From: Candidatus Bruticola sp.
GTDB taxonomy: Bacteria; Vulcanimicrobiota; Xenobia; Xenobiales; Xenobiaceae
Length of the DNA: 64,000 nucleotides
Reading direction: 5' to 3'
NCBI GenBank assembly: GCA_051874735.1
Contig: JBJEGD010000002.1
Coordinates: 67,721-131,720 of the forward strand
The notes beneath the pieces were generated by a model that was not told where the DNA came from, did not search any database, and saw only the letters and a program-made list of their open reading frames with translations. Shown here in pieces: positions 61,947-64,000 of the stretch. Positions within the stretch are counted from its first letter, which is position 1. Every line of letters begins with the position of its first letter. Both the position numbers and the translations under genes were made by a program.

Positions 61947-63140
61947 ATGGCTTATACTCCCGATCTGTTGGCAAGTTTTCAACTTAGCCAAGAACAACTT
62001 GAAGAAACTGCTAAAACTCTTTCTGAACGTATCAACAGCGGTTTGTCCAAAGACGGCCAAGAAATTAAAGCCATTCCAGCCTATTTAGCTCCTCCTCAGC
62101 AAGGTATAAGCGGCACAGTCCTGGTTATTGATACTGGCGGCACCAATGTAAGAGCAGCCATCATCAAACTCAATGCCGACGGTACCCATAAGCTGGTTGC
62201 AGGCCCTGTACAAGCCTCTATACCAGCCGGACGCCAGGGTAAACAGATATCAGCTGAAGAGTTTTTTGATATGCAGGCTTCGTTGGCCTTACAGTTAAAT
62301 CCTGAGGCCAACTTGCCCATCGGGTATTGTTTCTCTTATGCTGCTCAATCGACCCCAGAGGCTGACGCCCGCCTCATTCAATGGACTAAAGATGTACATA
62401 TTGCGGGTGTAGAGGGTAACTTAGTGGGCAAGATGCTTCTTGAAGCTTTGAACCGTCAAGGATACAAAACCGGTTCAGTGGCAGTTTTAAATGACACTGT
62501 AGCCACTCTGTTGGCCGGCGCCGGAGCTAACGCGCACAATTTTGAACATTATATAGGTCTTATTGCGGGAACTGGAACCAACATGGCAGCGTTTGTGCCC
62601 GTTTCTGAAAACAACAAACTGAGCCGCTTACCCTGGCACAGCCAAAGTATGGCCGTGAATCTGGAATCTGGCAATTTTGTGCCGCCCTATCTTAATCAGT
62701 TTGATGATAAAGTAGATAAGCACCTCGACATGCCAGGCCAACATCGCTATGAAAAAGCCATAGCTGGTTACTATCTGCCCTTCCTCTACGCTCAAGCTAA
62801 CGATGAAGACGAGACTTTCGATCCTTATAAAGGTACAGCACAGTTAGTAAAACTGCGTGATCAGCAGCGCGACGAATTAGCAGAGGCCATACTGAACAGA
62901 TCAGCAGATTTAATCGCAGCAGGATTGGCCGGTTTGATTCGCGTTTTGGGCAGTCAAGGACGCGTATGTATAACGGCAGAAGGCAGCCGCTACTGGGCGG
63001 ATCCGGCTTTAGCTCCCCGTGTAGCCAAACTACTTACAGCTCTTATTCCTCCTCAAGTTACTTTTTCTATCATAAAGGTAGCAGATGCCAACCTAATCGG
63101 CAGTGCCTACGCTGCTTTGAATATTGCTAAAAACTTTTAA
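61947..63140 (+). CDS. Hexokinase-family sugar kinase (eukaryotic-type hexokinase fold).
   Basis: LVIDTGGTNVRAAIIKL (phosphate-1). GYCFSYAAQS. LNDTVATLLAG (sugar-binding NDTVGT). GLIAGTGTNMA (phosphate-2). Confidence 0.65.
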   Translation: MAYTPDLLASFQLSQEQLEETAKTLSERINSGLSKDGQEIKAIPAYLAPPQQGISGTVLVIDTGGTNVRAAIIKLNADGTHKLVAGPVQASIPAGRQGKQISAEEFFDMQASLALQLNPEANLPIGYCFSYAAQSTPEADARLIQWTKDVHIAGVEGNLVGKMLLEALNRQGYKTGSVAVLNDTVATLLAGAGANAHNFEHYIGLIAGTGTNMAAFVPVSENNKLSRLPWHSQSMAVNLESGNFVPPYLNQFDDKVDKHLDMPGQHRYEKAIAGYYLPFLYAQANDEDETFDPYKGTAQLVKLRDQQRDELAEAILNRSADLIAAGLAGLIRVLGSQGRVCITAEGSRYWADPALAPRVAKLLTALIPPQVTFSIIKVADANLIGSAYAALNIAKNF

Positions 63141-63248
63141 GTTTCTGTATCACTTAACTACCACGGACCGAACTTTCTATACCTGAAGTTAGGTCCGCTT
63201 TTTTACGCTAAAAAACAGTATCTTCAAACTAAGAAGGTTAATTATCTT

Positions 63249-64000
63249 ATGTATAGCCGCCAAACTAGCCTTATGGAAGGCATTCTTTTTACCGATATGT
63301 ACCAGCTGACTATGGCTCAGCTCTACTTTAAATCTGGTATTCACGAACAAAAAGCCCATTTTGATCACTTTTTCCGTAACTATCCCAATTATGGAGAGCA
63401 TCAAGCCGGATATTGCATTAATGCTGGCTTAGAGTGGCTACTCGATTGGATGGAGACAGCTCATTTCGATGACGAAACTTTAGGTTATTTAGCCAAAGAA
63501 AAAGATAGCTTTGGCAAACCCATCTTTGCAGAAGATTTTCTCGAATGGCTACGCAAAGAGGGCAACTTTAAAAAGCTCACTATTAAGTCTGTAGCCGAAG
63601 GGCGAGTCGTTCATCCTAATGTCCCTCTAACCATGGTTGAAGGTCCTTTGGCTATGGGCCAAATTTTAGAAACAGCCTTACTTAACTGCATAAATTTTCA
63701 AACCTTAATTGCCACCAAAGCTTCCCGTATACGCCACAGCTGCGGAAGTAAACTGCTCATGGAATTCGGTTTGCGCCGAGCTCACGGCTTAGGCGGCAAT
63801 CAAGGAGCCCGCGCTGCTCTCATTGGAGGATGTGACTACACTTCTAATGTCGGTCTATCCTGCGCTATAGGCTTACCTCCTAAAGGAACTCACTCCCATG
63901 CTATGGTGCAAACTTGGATGGCTTTAGGATATTCAGAACTTGACGCTTTCCAAGCCTATGCCGATCTTTATCCAGACAACTGTCTTTTACTAATAGATAC
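63249..64000 (+). CDS. pncB: Nicotinate phosphoribosyltransferase, N-terminal part. The gene continues beyond the window end.
   Basis: [21 protein letters not shown]...[16 protein letters not shown] is a typical NAPRTase N-terminus. No stop before 64000. Confidence 0.8.
   Translation, partial: MYSRQTSLMEGILFTDMYQLTMAQLYFKSGIHEQKAHFDHFFRNYPNYGEHQAGYCINAGLEWLLDWMETAHFDDETLGYLAKEKDSFGKPIFAEDFLEWLRKEGNFKKLTIKSVAEGRVVHPNVPLTMVEGPLAMGQILETALLNCINFQTLIATKASRIRHSCGSKLLMEFGLRRAHGLGGNQGARAALIGGCDYTSNVGLSCAIGLPPKGTHSHAMVQTWMALGYSELDAFQAYADLYPDNCLLLID

Noticed and set aside
63189-63404. Minus-strand 71-aa ORF overlapping the pncB start.
   Set aside because: It overlaps a confidently identified conserved gene start and a terminator-like hairpin, so it is probably spurious.

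Overview
This 64-kb window is a bacterial chromosomal segment with about 50% GC, dense coding on both strands, and no rRNA, tRNA or CRISPR array that I can see. The gene content weakly suggests a PVC-superphylum-like organism or similar, but I cannot place it from sequence alone.

Recognisable housekeeping genes: groES-groEL, coaD, nadE, ispG, pncB (3' partial), pepT, malQ, an HtrA-family protease, an MgtC-family protein, a MalK-like ABC ATPase, an acyl-CoA synthetase, an M32 carboxypeptidase, and the cobamide lower-ligand genes cobT, cobU and cobS. Less common genes: a family-B DNA polymerase (Pol II-like), squalene-hopene cyclase, a eukaryotic-type hexokinase, a eukaryotic-type UDP-glucose pyrophosphorylase, a Mop-like aldehyde oxidoreductase (2Fe-2S plus molybdopterin, no FAD domain), a Hanks-type Ser/Thr kinase, and a THUMP-domain RNA methyltransferase.

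Most worth a second look:
1. A 5'-truncated gene at the window start built from 165-bp (55-aa) tandem repeats.
2. A JAB/MPN-LysM membrane protein translationally coupled to an NlpC/P60 peptidase.
3. A cluster of an anthrax-lethal-factor-like (M34) zinc protease without a signal peptide, a 1207-aa secreted protein with a Cys-less transglutaminase-like domain, and a Ser/Thr kinase.
4. A Pol II-like polymerase whose exonuclease motifs look degenerate.
5. A minus-strand run ispG, a TusDCB/DsrEFH-like triplet, cobT, a CbiR-like TIM-barrel gene, cobU, cobS.
6. An AT-rich island of about 1.3 kb carrying a GIY-YIG nuclease gene broken by two in-frame stops.

All protein-family calls come from motif reading of the supplied translations. 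None was confirmed by database search.
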